Positions 36,764 through 46,462 of a stretch of DNA of 64,000 nt are shown piece after piece. The stretch comes from an uncultured Candidatus Actinomarina sp. GTDB taxonomy: Bacteria; Actinomycetota; Acidimicrobiia; Actinomarinales; Actinomarinaceae. The notes beneath the pieces were generated by a model that was not told the DNA's origin, did no database searches, and saw only the letters and a list, made by a program, of their open reading frames with translations. A program made the position numbers and the translations under genes. The first letter of the stretch is position 1. The number at the start of each line of letters is the position of its first letter. The DNA lies in NCBI GenBank assembly GCA_902534495.1, contig CACAQC010000001.1:13174-77173 (forward strand), written 5' to 3'.

Positions 36764-38008
36764 ATGAAAAAAGTTATAGTTATTGGAGCGGGATTTGGTG
36801 GTTTAAATTTCATTAGAAATGCAAGTTCAAATAAAGAGATTGAATTTACTTTAATAGATAAGCAAAATCATCATCTATTTCAACCTCTTTTATATCAAGT
36901 TGCAACAGCTGTTTTATCACCTGCAAATATTGCTTTTCCAATTAGAAGAATGTTTAAAAAATCCAAAAATGTAAAAGTAGTCTTAGGTGAGGTTACCTCT
37001 GTTGATAGAGATAAGAAGAATTTGGAATTAGATTCAGGTATTAATTTAAGTTATGATCAGTTGGTTATAGCAACCGGCTCACTTCATTCATACTTTGGGA
37101 ATGATAGTTGGTCTAATTATTCTCAAGGGCTCAAAGGCATAAATGACGCGCTAGTAATTAGAGAAAATCTTTTAAAGGCTTTCGAAAAAGCTGAAAATGA
37201 ATTAGATAATGAAATCAAACAAGAGTATTTAAATTTTGTTGTTATTGGAGGTGGTCCAACAGGAGTTGAGATGGCTGGGTCCATTGCTGAAATAGCGTAT
37301 AAAAATTTAAATAAAGAATTCGAAAATTTTAACTCTGATGATCCGAATGTTTATTTAATTGAAGCAAACAGTAAGTTACTTCCAATGTTCAGCAATAAAT
37401 TATCAGATAAAACAGAAAAATATTTATCCGACTTCGGTGTCCAAGTACTTAAAGACGAGAAAGTAGAAAATGTCAATAATCATATCGTTCAAACTAATAA
37501 ACAAGTTATAAAATCTAGAAATATTATATGGGCTGCAGGAAATGAAGCCTCTCCATTGATTAGTAAATTAAACACAATTACTGACAATTATGGAAGAGCA
37601 ATTGTTGATCCAGATTGTTCATTAAAAGAAGACCCTGATGTTTTTGTGTTAGGTGATGCAGCAAATCATAAAGATTTAAAAAATAATTCTTTACCAGGCA
37701 TTGCGCCCGTAGCTATTCAGCAGGGAAAGTATGTTGCTAAAATTGTAAAAAACAAAATTTTAAAAATTGATAGAAAGCCATTTAAATTTTCTGACAAAGG
37801 CATGATGGCAACTGTTGGCAAATATAAAGCTGTTGGAAAGATTGGAAACATTGAAGTATCAGGCTTTATAGCCTGGATTGTTTGGAGTGTAATTCATATC
37901 GTCTATTTAATTGGTTATCGATCTAAATTGTTAGTAGTTATTGAATGGATATTTTCATACTTGTTTAACAAAAAGGGAACAAGATTAATTTATAGAGAAG
38001 AAGTGTGA
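36764..38008 (+). CDS. ndh: Type II NADH dehydrogenase
   Basis: GAGFGG, FQPLLYQVAT, GGGPTGVEMAG, WAAG, APVAIQQG. Confidence 0.93.
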   Translation: MKKVIVIGAGFGGLNFIRNASSNKEIEFTLIDKQNHHLFQPLLYQVATAVLSPANIAFPIRRMFKKSKNVKVVLGEVTSVDRDKKNLELDSGINLSYDQLVIATGSLHSYFGNDSWSNYSQGLKGINDALVIRENLLKAFEKAENELDNEIKQEYLNFVVIGGGPTGVEMAGSIAEIAYKNLNKEFENFNSDDPNVYLIEANSKLLPMFSNKLSDKTEKYLSDFGVQVLKDEKVENVNNHIVQTNKQVIKSRNIIWAAGNEASPLISKLNTITDNYGRAIVDPDCSLKEDPDVFVLGDAANHKDLKNNSLPGIAPVAIQQGKYVAKIVKNKILKIDRKPFKFSDKGMMATVGKYKAVGKIGNIEVSGFIAWIVWSVIHIVYLIGYRSKLLVVIEWIFSYLFNKKGTRLIYREEV

Positions 38009-38028
38009 ACTCTTTTTTAAAAAAGTAG

Positions 38029-38103
38029 TGGGCCTAGTTAGATTTGAACTAACGACCTCATCCTTATCAGGGATGCGCTCTAACCAGGCTGAGCTATAGG
38101 CCC
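38029..38103 (-). tRNA. tRNA-Ile(GAT)
   Basis: GGGCCTATAGCTCAG...CATCC-CTGATAA-GGATG...TTCAAATC..TAGGCCCA cloverleaf. Confidence 0.96.
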
Positions 38104-38191
38104 ATATGTCTAATTAACAATAGTCTATTAAAAGAAATATTTAAATTTTTTTTTCATTTACTCTCATATCAAGGGCATAATATTAAGGCGA

Positions 38192-38264
38192 GGGGATGTA
38201 GCTCAGCTGGAAGAGCACCTGCTTTGCAAGCAGGGGGTCGTGGGTTCAAGTCCCATCATCTCCA
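38192..38264 (+). tRNA. tRNA-Ala(TGC)
   Basis: GGGGATGTAGCTCAG...CCTGC-TTTGCAA-GCAGG...GTTCAAGTCC..CATCTCCA; G3:U70 pair. Confidence 0.96.
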
Positions 38265-38284
38265 CAGGAAGGTAATCTAAATAT

Positions 38285-38515
38285 ATGGATTATTTAATAG
38301 CGCTTTTAATTGGTCTTGTTGTTTTTAGGTTTTTAAGAAACTCAATATCTTCATTAGCAAGCATTCCTCCAGAGCTTGATACAGATGATGTTGTTGAAAT
38401 TTCACAATCATTCAGTTGTAACAAGTGTGGTACACAACTTACTATCAATAGACAATCCGTTGTTGCTAATGAACCCCCGAAGCACTGCAAGGAAGAGATG
38501 CAGCCACTTGATTAA
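38285..38515 (+). CDS. Small membrane-anchored protein with putative Zn site
   Basis: N-terminal TM, CNKCG and PKHC motifs. Confidence 0.7.
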   Translation: MDYLIALLIGLVVFRFLRNSISSLASIPPELDTDDVVEISQSFSCNKCGTQLTINRQSVVANEPPKHCKEEMQPLD

Positions 38516-38528
38516 TAAGTATTAACGA

Positions 38529-38783
38529 TTAGGTATAGTTAGTGGTCATTAAGAAACCGCCACCAATTAAAGCTAAACCACTCCACAAATACCATTTCGA
38601 TACTGAACCAGGCAAAAGTGTTAGGTAATTAAAGACTATCAACAAAACTCCAATAATCATCAATGAAGACATGGTTACAACATACCATCTTGGAGAAGGC
38701 CCTTTCCCCGAAGACATTTGAGTTGATATATTTTTTGATTGAGTAGGCCTGTTATTTTTCGTTCTTTTTTTTGATACTGGCAT
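38529..38783 (-). CDS. crgA: Cell division protein CrgA
   Basis: MPVSKKR, PSPRWY, two TM helices, GFLMTTNY. Confidence 0.9.
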   Translation of the reverse strand: MPVSKKRTKNNRPTQSKNISTQMSSGKGPSPRWYVVTMSSLMIIGVLLIVFNYLTLLPGSVSKWYLWSGLALIGGGFLMTTNYT

Positions 38784-38799
38784 AATTTACAACTTAATA

Positions 38800-39633
38800 T
38801 CAACCAGGATTTATTTCAACAAGATTATTTGTATTCAACTTTACTAAACCATCATTTTGCATCTTTTCTAATACTTCATTCAGTCTATCTTTATCGGTGT
38901 CCAGCTCCTGTTGAATCGTTTTGACCTTCAGATTTCCATTTTTTAGAAGCAATTTAACCAGGTTGCCTCTGAGTTCTCTATTAGATCCAGAAAACTTTTC
39001 TACAGGCTTTGTTTCATGATTAAAATATTTTTCGCAGGTATTTTCAAGTGGACAATCTGAACACAAAGGACTTCGAGGTTTACAAATACTACTTCCAAAA
39101 TCCATGAAAGCTTGATTTAAATTTTTTGAGTCCGTATTTATTAAAAGCAAAAATGAAAAACGGTCAATATATTTTTTTGTATTTTCAATACCAAAATATC
39201 TAGAAATAATTCGTTTTACATTTATATCTTCAGCTATTACTTGTTCATTGTATGCAAAAGACAGTATTGCATTTTCTGTGTAAGGTCCAACGCCCGGTAA
39301 TTGTTGGAAGTCAGGATATAAACCATCAAAAGATTTCTCAGCTATTATTTTCGATGACTCAAACATTCTTTTGGCCCTGCTGTTATAACCTAAACCTGAC
39401 CACATCTTCAATACCTTCTTGAATGAAGTAGTAGCCATATCATTTGGAGTAGGAAACTCTTTTATAAATTTATTAAAATACTTATCCGCCCTATTTAGCT
39501 GGGTTTGTTGAGAGATTACTTCAAGTAAGTAAATACTCCAAGGATCAGAATTGTTTCTCCACGGATATTCTCTTTTATTATTTTTGTACCAATGTAAAAG
39601 TACATTCTTGAAATTTTTAGTTTTAACTTCCAA
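38800..39633 (-). CDS. mutY: A/G-specific adenine glycosylase
   Basis: EVISQQT, WSGLGYNSRA, LPGVGPYT HhH, CX6CX2CX5C Fe-S cluster. Confidence 0.9.
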   Translation of the reverse strand: MEVKTKNFKNVLLHWYKNNKREYPWRNNSDPWSIYLLEVISQQTQLNRADKYFNKFIKEFPTPNDMATTSFKKVLKMWSGLGYNSRAKRMFESSKIIAEKSFDGLYPDFQQLPGVGPYTENAILSFAYNEQVIAEDINVKRIISRYFGIENTKKYIDRFSFLLLINTDSKNLNQAFMDFGSSICKPRSPLCSDCPLENTCEKYFNHETKPVEKFSGSNRELRGNLVKLLLKNGNLKVKTIQQELDTDKDRLNEVLEKMQNDGLVKLNTNNLVEINPG

Positions 39634-41398
39634 AACTTAATTCAACAAATCCTTCAGGGTCAATAAACTCACCTTCTCTTGGATTTTGCTCACTTACTCT
39701 TCCTCCAGTATCCCCACTTGCTGACGGCAAGAGGCCTATTTCTTGTAATACATTAGATGCCTCTTGATAAGTAAATCCAATTAAGTTTGGTACTTCAACT
39801 TTGAGCCCAATCGAAACTATTACCTGAATTACTTGATCAATTGTTACTAGTTCACCCGCACGTGGAATTGTGTGTGACACAAGTCCCACAGATACATCCT
39901 CGGAGTATTCCTCTATAAACTCATATTCAAATCCGAGTGTATCAAGAATTTGGATAGCATCAACTATAGACTTTCTTGATAGATCGCTTATTTCAATTAA
40001 GCTTGGTCCAGCTGAGATAACTAAATCTACTGTTGAGTCAGGACTCATTTTTGTTCCTGCAATTGGGTTTTGAGAAATAATAAATCCTCGAGGAATATTA
40101 TCATCGTTTATTTCCAGTTGCTGCCCCACCTGAAAGCCGCTTTCCTTAATAACATAAACTCCTCTTGCAACTTCAAGATCTACAACGTAAGGAATAGGGA
40201 ATGCTTCAGGACCTACCGAAACAATAATCGTAACCAACGTATCAGGATTAGTTATAGTATCTGCTGGCGGCTGTGTAGTAATAACAAACCCTGCAGGAAC
40301 AGAAGAGTCAGCAGCATTTTCAATTCCAACAATAAAACCTAGTGATTGTAAATCGTTAAGAGCTTGTGCTTGCTCACTTCCAGTTAAATCAGGTATTTCC
40401 ACTAACGTTGGAGCACCACCATCAGCAGGAAGACCGTCAAACACATTTGATAATGCCCAAACAGTTCCAAACACAAGTGCTACAGAAACTATTAAGGCAG
40501 GTAAAGTAAATCTAAATTTAATTTTTGGATTTGTTAAATCAACTAAGTTTTCTTGAGTTTGATTGATTTGAATTTGCTTCCTTTGTTGTAAAAGCAAAGC
40601 TCTTAAATCTTCGGCAGATTTGAATCTATCGGAAGGTCTTTTTTCAAGAAGTTTTAGTATTGCATTTTCTAGTGCTTTCGGTATGTCTTTTCTATAATTT
40701 GATAATTTTTCTGGCCTTTCAGTTAGATGTTTCGTAGCTGTTGCTATTGGAGAATCACCAGTAAAAGGTGGGTTTCCTACTATAAGTTCATACAGCACTG
40801 TCCCTAAAGAATATAAATCCGACTCAAATGAAACGGGCTTACCCTGTGCTTGTTCGGGCGAGATGTAGCTTGCGGTTCCAAGAACAGCACCAGTCTTAGT
40901 AATATCACTTTCTTCGTTTTGTAATGAAACTATTCCAAAGTCAGTAACCTTTACTTTACCGTCTGGAGTAATCATTATATTTCCTGGCTTAATATCTCTG
41001 TGGACTAAACCATGTTTGTGTGCCTCTTTAAGACCATTCGCTACCTGTGAGCCAATATATAAAATATCATTTAATCCTACCGTCTTGTTTCCAGTAATTA
41101 TAGAAGTTAAAGTATTGCCTTCTATATACTCCATTACAAAATAAGGTTCATCTTCAATTCCCCAATCAAATATTTGTACAATATTTGGGTGATTTAAATT
41201 TGCAGCAGTTTGTGCTTCACGCCTAAAACGATCTACAAATTTTTCCTGGTTAACATAATTTGGCTTGAGTGTTTTAATTGCTACATTTCTCTGAAGTTGT
41301 TTATCTTTTGCTTTGTAAACGAATGCCATCCCACCTTCGCCCAGGATTTCTACTATCTCATATCGCTCTTTTATAATTTGTCCAATTTTCATAATCAA
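39623..41398 (-). CDS. pknB: Ser/Thr protein kinase with TM and four PASTA domains
   Basis: LGEGGMA, VAIK, HRDIKPGN, DFG, YISPEQ; four PASTA repeats. Confidence 0.95.
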   Translation of the reverse strand: MIMKIGQIIKERYEIVEILGEGGMAFVYKAKDKQLQRNVAIKTLKPNYVNQEKFVDRFRREAQTAANLNHPNIVQIFDWGIEDEPYFVMEYIEGNTLTSIITGNKTVGLNDILYIGSQVANGLKEAHKHGLVHRDIKPGNIMITPDGKVKVTDFGIVSLQNEESDITKTGAVLGTASYISPEQAQGKPVSFESDLYSLGTVLYELIVGNPPFTGDSPIATATKHLTERPEKLSNYRKDIPKALENAILKLLEKRPSDRFKSAEDLRALLLQQRKQIQINQTQENLVDLTNPKIKFRFTLPALIVSVALVFGTVWALSNVFDGLPADGGAPTLVEIPDLTGSEQAQALNDLQSLGFIVGIENAADSSVPAGFVITTQPPADTITNPDTLVTIIVSVGPEAFPIPYVVDLEVARGVYVIKESGFQVGQQLEINDDNIPRGFIISQNPIAGTKMSPDSTVDLVISAGPSLIEISDLSRKSIVDAIQILDTLGFEYEFIEEYSEDVSVGLVSHTIPRAGELVTIDQVIQVIVSIGLKVEVPNLIGFTYQEASNVLQEIGLLPSASGDTGGRVSEQNPREGEFIDPEGFVELSFGS

Positions 41399-42048
41399 AT
41401 CACATTTATTATTATTGCGGATATATTATCTTTTGGGTTTTGTAAAAGCACTTCACTTATAAGTGACTCAGCAGTAATTCCATCCATTAATTTATTCTTT
41501 AGATATTCATCACCTATTTCGTTATAAATACCATCAGTACATAAAAACACAACATCACCACTTGTAAGCTGAAAATCTTTAGTTTGAATCTTAAGCTTTT
41601 CTTTACTACCTAGTGCTTGTGTAAGTACATTCTGATAGCCTGGGACATTTTCATCTTTAGTCAATTGCATCAAATTTCTATTATTTAATACATAACATCG
41701 GCTATCTCCAACGTGTGCCAAGTGCAGAACTTTCTCCTTATCGATTTCAACAATAGTCATTGTTGTACCCATTCCCATAGCCTCTGTATGTTTATTTTGA
41801 TAATCTAAGATGTTTTTATTAGCTAGATTTACGTAGTCAGAAATATTTATAAAATTAGCATCCATTACCTCCGAAGCTAAAAGACTAGCAACCTCACCTT
41901 TTTGATGACCGCCCATCCCGTCAAATACTCCTGCTTTGATAGGCAGGCTTGAGGAACCTGATTTATCAGGATATATAGCGTCCTCGTTTTTTTTTCTAAT
42001 AGGACCGCATTCAGTTTTTACTGTCCATATTGCTTTGCTATTTGTCAT
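41395..42048 (-). CDS. PP2C family Ser/Thr phosphatase (soluble PstP/PrpC-like)
   Basis: RKKNED, DGMGGH, GMGTT, HVGDSR, CTDG, DNIS. Confidence 0.92.
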   Translation of the reverse strand: MTNSKAIWTVKTECGPIRKKNEDAIYPDKSGSSSLPIKAGVFDGMGGHQKGEVASLLASEVMDANFINISDYVNLANKNILDYQNKHTEAMGMGTTMTIVEIDKEKVLHLAHVGDSRCYVLNNRNLMQLTKDENVPGYQNVLTQALGSKEKLKIQTKDFQLTSGDVVFLCTDGIYNEIGDEYLKNKLMDGITAESLISEVLLQNPKDNISAIIINVI

Positions 42049-42140
42049 TTAGTAACAATGATAGTTGTGAAATGTATTAGTTTTCTTAGACTTAATAAAG
42101 AAGTACAATACTGTTCGTAAAGACAAACAGATCAACACAA

Positions 42141-43124
42141 ATGAAAAGTAACATATTTAAATTAACGGGACTGACAATATTTGTTGCTTTATTGACTTAT
42201 GTATTGATAACTTATTTTAATGAATTAAATCAAGCTGAAGAATTTAATCAATTTCTATCAGATGCAGCCACTATCTCTGAAATACATAACTTAAACTCAG
42301 AAAATTTTAGGGAGCTTTTGGATTTTTCAGAAGTTAGTAGAGAGAAATTCGAAAGTAAGGTTAATAAAATTCGTACAAACTCCCAAGAGGCTTATCAACT
42401 TTTAAACAGCAGCAATAATGAATACACCTCAAAGGAAAAGCAACTATTAGAAATTGCTGTTAACAGTTGGCTAGATGGAGTAGAGTTATTTGAAGTTTCA
42501 ATAACTACACTTATTGATAATCCAAATTCTGTAAATATAGAAGAATCGATAGCTCAAAGTATTATTGATCTTTCTATTGGTGACAAAGCTTATTCTGAAT
42601 TTCTTTTTCTTCTCCGGCAGAATGCTCTGATTGACGGAACCTTTTTACCAAATTTTTATCAAATTGAATATATAGGAATTGAAGATAATTCATATCAATT
42701 TGCTGATTTATTAGTTGATAAAGCAAAAAAAAGTACAGGTGGCTTATTTCTGCAAAAAAATCTTGCTGTTTCTGGAACTGAATTTGTACCAATGCCAATT
42801 GCTTTTACAGAGGATGACGTCGCAGTTCTCTTAGACGAACCAGTCTCTCTTCAAGTAGTGATATCTAATGAGGGAAATGTTGATTCTTACGATGTAGTAG
42901 TTTTAATTTTGGTAACAGATGAGTTTGAAGAAACAGTATATGAATCAAAAAATAAAATTAGCTCAATAGGACCAAAAGAAAGCAAAATTTTTCTTACAGA
43001 CCCCATTAATATAGAAAAAGGTATCCAACACGAATGGTTTATTAAAATTGAAGAAATTGATGATGAAGAAGAGCTTTCAGATAATTTACTTTCAATATAT
43101 GCTTTTATACCACCAGAAAGTTAA
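42141..43124 (+). CDS. Membrane-anchored hypothetical protein with C-terminal CARDB/Ig-like domain
   Basis: N-terminal TM, helical region, ISNEGN...IGPKES beta-sandwich pattern. Confidence 0.65.
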   Translation: MKSNIFKLTGLTIFVALLTYVLITYFNELNQAEEFNQFLSDAATISEIHNLNSENFRELLDFSEVSREKFESKVNKIRTNSQEAYQLLNSSNNEYTSKEKQLLEIAVNSWLDGVELFEVSITTLIDNPNSVNIEESIAQSIIDLSIGDKAYSEFLFLLRQNALIDGTFLPNFYQIEYIGIEDNSYQFADLLVDKAKKSTGGLFLQKNLAVSGTEFVPMPIAFTEDDVAVLLDEPVSLQVVISNEGNVDSYDVVVLILVTDEFEETVYESKNKISSIGPKESKIFLTDPINIEKGIQHEWFIKIEEIDDEEELSDNLLSIYAFIPPES

Positions 43125-43127
43125 TTC

Positions 43128-44378
43128 ATGCTAGATCCTTTATTGCTTAAAAATGATTTAGATTCTCTGAAAGACAATCTTAAAAGAAGAAATCTTGATG
43201 TTGACTTAGAACAATTAATCGAACTCGATGAATCTAGAAGAAAACTACGGTTTGAAGCTGAAAAATTAAGAGCAGATCAAAAATCACTAGGCAAAGATAT
43301 AGCAAATGCAGAACCAAAAGAAAAAGATGTACTACTGGAAAAAGCCTCTCAAATTAGTGAAAATGTAAAAAAACTATTTGATGAGGTAGAAGAAAAAGAC
43401 AAAGTTTTTTATGATTTATGGGTAAAAATTCCAAATTTAATTTCATCAACATCTCCTGATGGTAAAACCGATGAAGACAATGCAGAAATAAAACAAGTCG
43501 GTGATATAAAAAATATAGATAACCCAAAAGACCACCTAGAGATTGCAGAAAAACTAGGCTTAATTGATGTTCAAAAAGCATCTGAAGTATCTGGTTCACG
43601 TTTTTCTTACTTGTTTGGTGATTTAGTAAAAATTGAATTCAATCTTGTTTCTTGGGCTTTAGATTTTCTCTCAAACAAAGGATTTACCCCTACTGTGCCA
43701 CCAGTGCTAGTTAGAGAGAATGCATTATATGGAACCGGATTTTTCCCCGACGATGCTGAGCAAGTGTATGAAATTCCAAATGATGATTTATATTTAGTTG
43801 GAACTTCAGAAGTACCATTGGCAGCTTTGCATAGCGATGAGATTTTAGACATAGAGAATTTACCAATTAGATATGCAGGATTTTCTACATGCTTTAGACG
43901 CGAAGCTGGAACATATGGAAAAGATACAACAGGAATATTTAGAGTACATCAATTCGACAAAGTTGAGATGTTTTCCTTCTGCAATCCTAAAAAATCTGAA
44001 GAGGAACATGAATTTATTCTCTCAGTTGAAGAAGAACTCTTACAGGCTTTAGAGATTCCATATAGGGTTGTAGATGTTTGCGCAGGAGACCTAGGCGCTT
44101 CTGCTGCTAAAAAATATGACATTGAAGCATGGATACCAAGTCAGAACACATACAGAGAGGTTACTTCTTGTTCCAATACAACAAGCTTTCAAGCAAGAAG
44201 GCTTAATATAAGAGCAAAATCAGATGGAGAAACAAATATTTTACATACTCTAAATGGAACCGCAATTGCAGTAGGAAGAATTTTAATTGCCTTAATTGAA
44301 AATAACCAAACTGAAGACGGTAAAGTCCAGTTCTCTGATACAGTTGCTGAAATTACTGGTGTTAAAAACTTAGGCTAA
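43128..44378 (+). CDS. serS: Serine--tRNA ligase
   Basis: GTSEVPL, CFRREAG, RVHQFDKVE, EVTSCSN, HTLNGT. Confidence 0.97.
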   Translation: MLDPLLLKNDLDSLKDNLKRRNLDVDLEQLIELDESRRKLRFEAEKLRADQKSLGKDIANAEPKEKDVLLEKASQISENVKKLFDEVEEKDKVFYDLWVKIPNLISSTSPDGKTDEDNAEIKQVGDIKNIDNPKDHLEIAEKLGLIDVQKASEVSGSRFSYLFGDLVKIEFNLVSWALDFLSNKGFTPTVPPVLVRENALYGTGFFPDDAEQVYEIPNDDLYLVGTSEVPLAALHSDEILDIENLPIRYAGFSTCFRREAGTYGKDTTGIFRVHQFDKVEMFSFCNPKKSEEEHEFILSVEEELLQALEIPYRVVDVCAGDLGASAAKKYDIEAWIPSQNTYREVTSCSNTTSFQARRLNIRAKSDGETNILHTLNGTAIAVGRILIALIENNQTEDGKVQFSDTVAEITGVKNLG

Positions 44379-44924
44379 TAACAAGCTAGCAATCATACTT
44401 ATGCCAAGCACTACATAAGTTGCACGAGCCACTGTCTTATTTTTTTTCAAACTATTTTGAAGCTGTTCTCCTAGTATTAACCATATCCCAACACAAAAAG
44501 GTAAAACTAAAAAATATATTATAGCCCCATGGTTATTTGTAATATTGAATGCCGTAAGACCAGACACAGCCATAAAAACACCTTTAGGGTTTATCCATTG
44601 GAAAAGACAAGCCTGTATAAAGGTAAAAGGCTTTTCAACGTTAGAACCTTTTACATTTGTATCTAGCGGAGTAGTGGCAACCCTGTATGCAATATAAATA
44701 ATAACCGCGTAACCAATATATTGAATATAATCAAAAATTTCAGCTGGTACATAGGTAAGTAAAAAACCACCTACAAAAAATAAAAAAGTGAACCCTAGCC
44801 AAATCCCAAGAAAATGAGGTATCGATGCTTTTCTACCAAATTTTATTCCAGAGGCCATTAGCAAAGAATTGTTTGGCCCAGGAGTGATTGCAGTTACAAA
44901 TGCAAATATGAAAAACTCAAACAT
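44370..44924 (-). CDS. LysE family exporter
   Basis: ITPGPNN, FQWINPKG. Confidence 0.9.
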   Translation of the reverse strand: MFEFFIFAFVTAITPGPNNSLLMASGIKFGRKASIPHFLGIWLGFTFLFFVGGFLLTYVPAEIFDYIQYIGYAVIIYIAYRVATTPLDTNVKGSNVEKPFTFIQACLFQWINPKGVFMAVSGLTAFNITNNHGAIIYFLVLPFCVGIWLILGEQLQNSLKKNKTVARATYVVLGISMIASLLLA

Positions 44925-44964
44925 TTGGTTATATTAACATCAACACTTGAGATAATTAAATAAG

Positions 44965-45423
44965 ATGAAATTTATATCAGATGAAGACAAGATGAGAGTT
45001 GCTCTTGATGAAGCAAGAAAAGCTCTTGATATTGATGAAGTTCCTGTGGGTGCAGCAATATTTGATAAAGACGATAACTTAATATGTGCAAATCACAATA
45101 GAAGAGAATTAGACCAAAACCCAATGTCCCATGCGGAAATATTAGTTTTAGAAGAAGCTTCACAAATTTTAGGTACTTGGAGACTTGAAGAGACAACAAT
45201 AGCAGTAACCTTAGAGCCAGATGCTATGTGTGCTGGTGCTATTTCTTCATCAAGAGTTAAAAAATTGATATATGGAGCTCAAAATGAAAAAGCTGGTGCA
45301 GCATTTTCGTTGTACAATATACCTCAGGATCCAAGATTAAACCATTTTGTTGAGATAAAAGATAATATACTATCTCATGAATCTAAAGATATATTATCCT
45401 CTTTCTTTGAAACTAAGAGATAA
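44965..45423 (+). CDS. tadA: tRNA adenosine(34) deaminase
   Basis: EVPVGA, HAE, WRL, TLEPDAMCAGA, KAGA, RLNH; next to tRNA-Arg(ACG). Confidence 0.85.
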   Translation: MKFISDEDKMRVALDEARKALDIDEVPVGAAIFDKDDNLICANHNRRELDQNPMSHAEILVLEEASQILGTWRLEETTIAVTLEPDAMCAGAISSSRVKKLIYGAQNEKAGAAFSLYNIPQDPRLNHFVEIKDNILSHESKDILSSFFETKR

Positions 45424-45448
45424 CTAAAATAGAATCTCAGGTTTATTC

Positions 45449-45537
45449 GGAGGGATCGCATAGTCTGGCCTAGTGCGCACGCTTGGAAAGCGTGTAAGGG
45501 TTTATCCCCTTCGAGGGTTCGAATCCCTCTCCCTCCG
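45449..45537 (+). tRNA. tRNA-Ser(GGA)
   Basis: CACGC-TTGGAAA-GCGTG anticodon arm, long variable arm, GGTTCGAATCC. Confidence 0.95.
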
Positions 45538-45551
45538 CGTAAAAACCATCT

Positions 45552-45637
45552 GGAGGGATGGCCGAGCGGACGAAGGCGATAGTCTTGAAAACTATTGTAT
45601 GTATTCCATACCGTGGGTTCGAATCCCACTCCCTCCG
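45552..45637 (+). tRNA. tRNA-Ser(TGA)
   Basis: ATAGT-CTTGAAA-ACTAT anticodon arm, long variable arm. Confidence 0.95.
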
Positions 45638-45644
45638 CATACTT

Positions 45645-45731
45645 GGAGAGGTGACTGAGTGGCCTAAAGTGCTCGCCTGCTAAGCGAGTGGGGAAGCAAT
45701 TCCCTCGAGGGTTCGAATCCCTCCCTCTCCG
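45645..45731 (+). tRNA. tRNA-Ser(GCT)
   Basis: CTCGC-CTGCTAA-GCGAG anticodon arm, long variable arm. Confidence 0.95.
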
Positions 45732-45735
45732 CAAA

Positions 45736-45809
45736 GCGCCCGTAGCTTAACTGGATAGAGCATCTGACTACGGATCAGAAGGTTGGGGGTTCGACTCCCT
45801 CCGGGCGTG
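45736..45809 (+). tRNA. tRNA-Arg(ACG)
   Basis: TCTGA-CTACGGA-TCAGA anticodon arm, GGTTCGACTCC. Confidence 0.95.
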
Positions 45810-45826
45810 CAAAATTTTAAAAAATT

Positions 45827-46414
45827 TTATTTGTTTAAAATTTCCATTATTAAAGGATGTTCGGCTTTTATTTCGTCAACACCAAAACTAACCTGATACT
45901 TAAGTTTGTAAAGTCTTACTGCGGACTCCCGTGTATCTCCCCACTCTACAGAAACAAGGTCCATTGCAGTCAAATCTTGACTCATAACTATATTTGGATT
46001 TGCTCCAGCATCACTAAGAATTTGTACTATTTCTGTACGTCCAAAAAATACCGCACAGAACTGTGCAGTAACACCTTCGTTATTTTGAATGTCAAGATCA
46101 ACACCTTCTTTTACCAATAAATCAACAACTTCAACGTGTCCCTGGCACGCAGCAATGATTAATGCTGTTTCATCTCTGCTGGAACCAACAGAATTTAAAT
46201 CTGTTCCGAATGCAATATGCTGTCTTATAGATTCAATATCACCTTTTTTTGCAGAAACCCAGATGCTGTTACCAGGCTCTTTGACTTCAACCCCAGCCTC
46301 TGTAGCGTCAGTTATTTGAATTTCTTGAGTTACATCATTTTCTTGACCAGAGTTACTACAACTGACAGAAAACATTAATAAAACAATTAATAGTAATAGA
46401 TTTAAAACCCTCAT
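45827..46414 (-). CDS. Ankyrin-repeat lipoprotein
   Basis: Lipobox SVSC; TALIIAACQGHVEVVDLLVKEGVDLD and AVFFGRTEIVQILSDAGANPN repeats. Confidence 0.85.
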   Translation of the reverse strand: MRVLNLLLLIVLLMFSVSCSNSGQENDVTQEIQITDATEAGVEVKEPGNSIWVSAKKGDIESIRQHIAFGTDLNSVGSSRDETALIIAACQGHVEVVDLLVKEGVDLDIQNNEGVTAQFCAVFFGRTEIVQILSDAGANPNIVMSQDLTAMDLVSVEWGDTRESAVRLYKLKYQVSFGVDEIKAEHPLIMEILNK

Positions 46415-46462
46415 AATTTGAGCTTAATGGTTGTAAAGTATCTTTTCTAATCGATTACAAAA

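Noticed and set aside
14747-38028. Prophage, ICE or defence island in the accessory block
   Set aside because: No integrase, transposase, phage structural or recognisable defence genes, and no att repeats seen
39858-39870. CACGTGGAA and other CACGTG cores (about 25770, 54035) as extra parS sites
   Set aside because: Only half-site matches with too many mismatches
45375-45734. ORFs 45375-45734 (-) and 45473-45658 (+)
   Set aside because: They overlap the tRNA-Ser genes and are translation artefacts
38029-45809. tRNA genes lacking an encoded CCA
   Set aside because: Common in actinobacteria; not unusual
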